From: Basidiobolus meristosporus CBS 931.73
Taxonomy: Eukaryota; Fungi; Basidiobolomycota
DNA length: 64,000 bases
NCBI GenBank assembly: GCA_002104905.1
Contig: MCFE01000178.1
Location: 1-64,000 of the forward strand
Direction: 5' to 3'
In this document: positions 61,601 to 64,000 of the stretch, in pieces
Layout: each line of letters begins with the position of its first letter
Numbering within the stretch: the first letter of the stretch is position 1
Program-made: the position numbers and the translations under genes
Notes under the pieces: generated by a model
Seen by the model: only the letters and a program-made list of their open reading frames with translations
Database searches by the model: none
Told to the model about the DNA's origin: nothing

Positions 61601-64000
61601 ATGGGGTACTTATTCTTCATGGTAACTGTATTGAGGGCTTTGTAGTGAATGCACATTCTAAGTGTTCCATTCTTCTTCACAAAAAGTACTGGTGCTCCCC
61701 AAGGTGACTTGCTGGGTCTGATATATCCTTGCTCCAGTAGCTGATCTATTTGTCTCTTGATCTCTTCCCAACTCCAATGGACTCATTTTGTAAGGTGTCT
61801 TACTCACTGGTGGGCTATCTCCTGTTTCAATGGCATGATCCATGTCTCTGACTGGTGGTAGGCTTACAAGCTTTTCTGGAAATATGTCTGAATACTCCTT
61901 CAAAAGAGTCTGGACCTTCTGGGGTACTGGAGTCAAGGAATCCTCCTGTAATACTGCCATGAGGAACATCTGGGTGCCTTTTCTAGTGCTCTACAGAACT
62001 TTGTCTTGCTAAGTTCACTTGTCTCACACACACTGGAATTGACCAAGTTAAAATCCTGTCTGGCAGGTAATAGCTCATTGTTCCTGTTGTCCTTCTGGAT
62101 CTGAGTAGCATGGGTTCTCCAGTCAATTGATGGATTACAAAAAAATAGCCAGGTTTTCCCAAGTACAAGGTCAAACTTGCAGCTCCCAAATATATAGGCC
62201 TGTAGATCTTCTTCATAGTCATTGATTGTCATCCTTACTAACTGAGTAATACAGTAAGTTATGTGAGAGTTCCCATCAGCTATTGCGGCTGATGTTGATT
62301 TGGTGGGTTATGAGTTATTTTCAACTTTCAAAGCAAATTTCTCTGACATGTACTCATGCAATGCTCCTGAGTCAATCATGATCTTGTCAGGTACTCCACT
62401 GATTACTCTATTCAGTATAATAGCTTTCCTGAGTTTGAGACCATCTGGGATAGGTATTCTTCTGTCATGCGGAAGGTGAGTTCTGAGTATTCTTCAAGTT
62501 CATCCTCCATGTTACTATGCTCCATGGCCTCTATATGGTTATAGGTTCTTGATGGCTGGTATTCATTTCTTCTCTAAGGGCAGTACTTTGCAATATGTCC
62601 TTGCTGGTGGCAATTGAAGCAAAGTCCTTTCTTGTTACATTCTTCTGAGTTAGGATTCTTCTGCATAGAGTCTATTTCCATTTGCACTGCTTCTGAATGT
62701 CTTCTTTCATAGTGATTGTAGCCTTTCTGATTAGTCACTGTGGGCTTCCCAACTCCAAACATAGCAAAGTCCTAGTCAATGGCAATTTTGATGATTTCTT
62801 CAATAGTCTGAGGCCTTTAATAATTCACTTCTTTACAGGTTCTTTCTTTCAACCCACCAATATACCTTGGCTTTCTATGAGCCAAAATACATCCTAAAAT
62901 CTGAAAATATCTCCTACATAAGCTAAGTCTGCCAAACATTTGTCTCCTCTACTGAATTCTGGATCTTTCTCTACCAAGAGTGCTTTGTCATGCCTACTTC
63001 CAGGCAATGGCCTACTAAGTAAGAGGATATTACCCTGAATGTCAGACAGTGCTTGCAACTTCACACACTACGTCCTGTATATGCCGGAATAAAAGTGCCT
63101 CTGCCTTCTAGAAGGTTTGTTAATCCTACCTAGAACCAAATATTCCAAGCTTGCTCTAAGCCATTGATACCCTCTGCAGGGTGGTTGTCCATTGCTTTCA
63201 GCTGGGAATAAGTATTTCTAGGACTTTTATTGCGGTGGATGATGGGATGAAACCTTGTAGGGCAATAGTTCCTGGAATAGCAAAGAAGCTTAGAAAGGGA
63301 TATCCTTGAGTAGATTGGGGTAGATAGTCCACAGAAAATGGTATGAAACTCCTCTAATATGTCAAAAGAAAATTTACTGGTAGTGTTGGATAGATGAGCA
63401 AAGACCTTTCAGATGGGTCAGTCATATCAAAATTAGTATATCATTGAGTAGAGGTGATACATATTGATATGGCACATCCAGCTTAATTTATCTGATTTTT
63501 CATGCATTATAAATGAATCTTCATCAAATGCTGTGTATGCCATCCTTTTGTCACAAAAATCATACTCATACAATAACTTGGTGATGTTATTGATGAATTA
63601 CTCATGGGTATTTATCAAATAAGAAATCTGCAATGGTTGTGATCTAGTCCACGTTAATGCAATTCAAGATACATCATCAATGATATATGTAAAATTCAAC
63701 AATCACATTAGTTTTAATATAGAATTGATATAAGAACTGGTTGATGCCGATAAAATAATGTTTGATAATCCAAATCTATCACCATGGACCCTATACCAAG
63801 TCTTAAACTAGGTGTCTTCAAGAGAAATAAACACAGGACTCATCAAAGCACCAGTTCTAAAGTATCAGACAGAGGGTAAGTAAATAGCCTGAGGAATCAA
63901 AAGGTGAGCTTCAAAAGGAAAAATACTGACCACAAGCAACTATGTTGAAATTGCTTCAGCATACCTTGTTAGACTCCTAACTGTCCCCTGCAATGCCAGC
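58664..64000 (-). mobile_element. Second, diverged PHIS copy split by Gypsy-B (58664-58881 and ~62840 to beyond the window end)
   Basis: 58664-58881 is the rc of ~6040-6260 with a degenerate TIR (17/25 to the MITE end); 62840-63810 is the rc of ~4820-5840; an ~80-bp deletion removes the first catalytic D. Confidence 0.85.
58882..62830 (-). mobile_element. Ty3/Gypsy family B, 5'-truncated, 3' LTR 58882-59249
   Basis: Inverted homologue of 48970-53267 (ORFs 59311-62762). Confidence 0.9.

Overview
Eukaryotic, probably fungal, DNA made almost entirely of nested, decaying transposable elements. I can support no host gene, RNA gene or CRISPR array. Family names A/B/C/D/F are my own labels. (1) About ten fragments of a CMC/CACTA (EnSpm-like, Transposase_21/DUF4218-type) DNA transposon with CMCWR termini and a partner gene head-to-head with the transposase. 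(2) A 3.3-kb two-gene PHIS (PIF/Harbinger-ISL2EU-like) transposon at 2959-6260 with a 3-bp TSD, and a second diverged copy from 58664 to the window end. (3) A 734-bp foldback MITE family sharing that element's termini, including a triple self-nest at 33442-35420. (4) Three Ty3/Gypsy families with internal sequence: A near full length at 12999-20467, chromoviral C at 35658-41572, and B in two 5'-truncated inverted copies. There is also one Ty1/Copia remnant and solo LTRs of four families. CpG is strongly depleted. The best leads are the PHIS element/MITE pair, an LTR family whose target sites are all CpG-centred, TpCpG-biased hypermutation, and the divergent CMC partner gene. All coordinates, alignments and counts were made by eye and may be off by a few bases.
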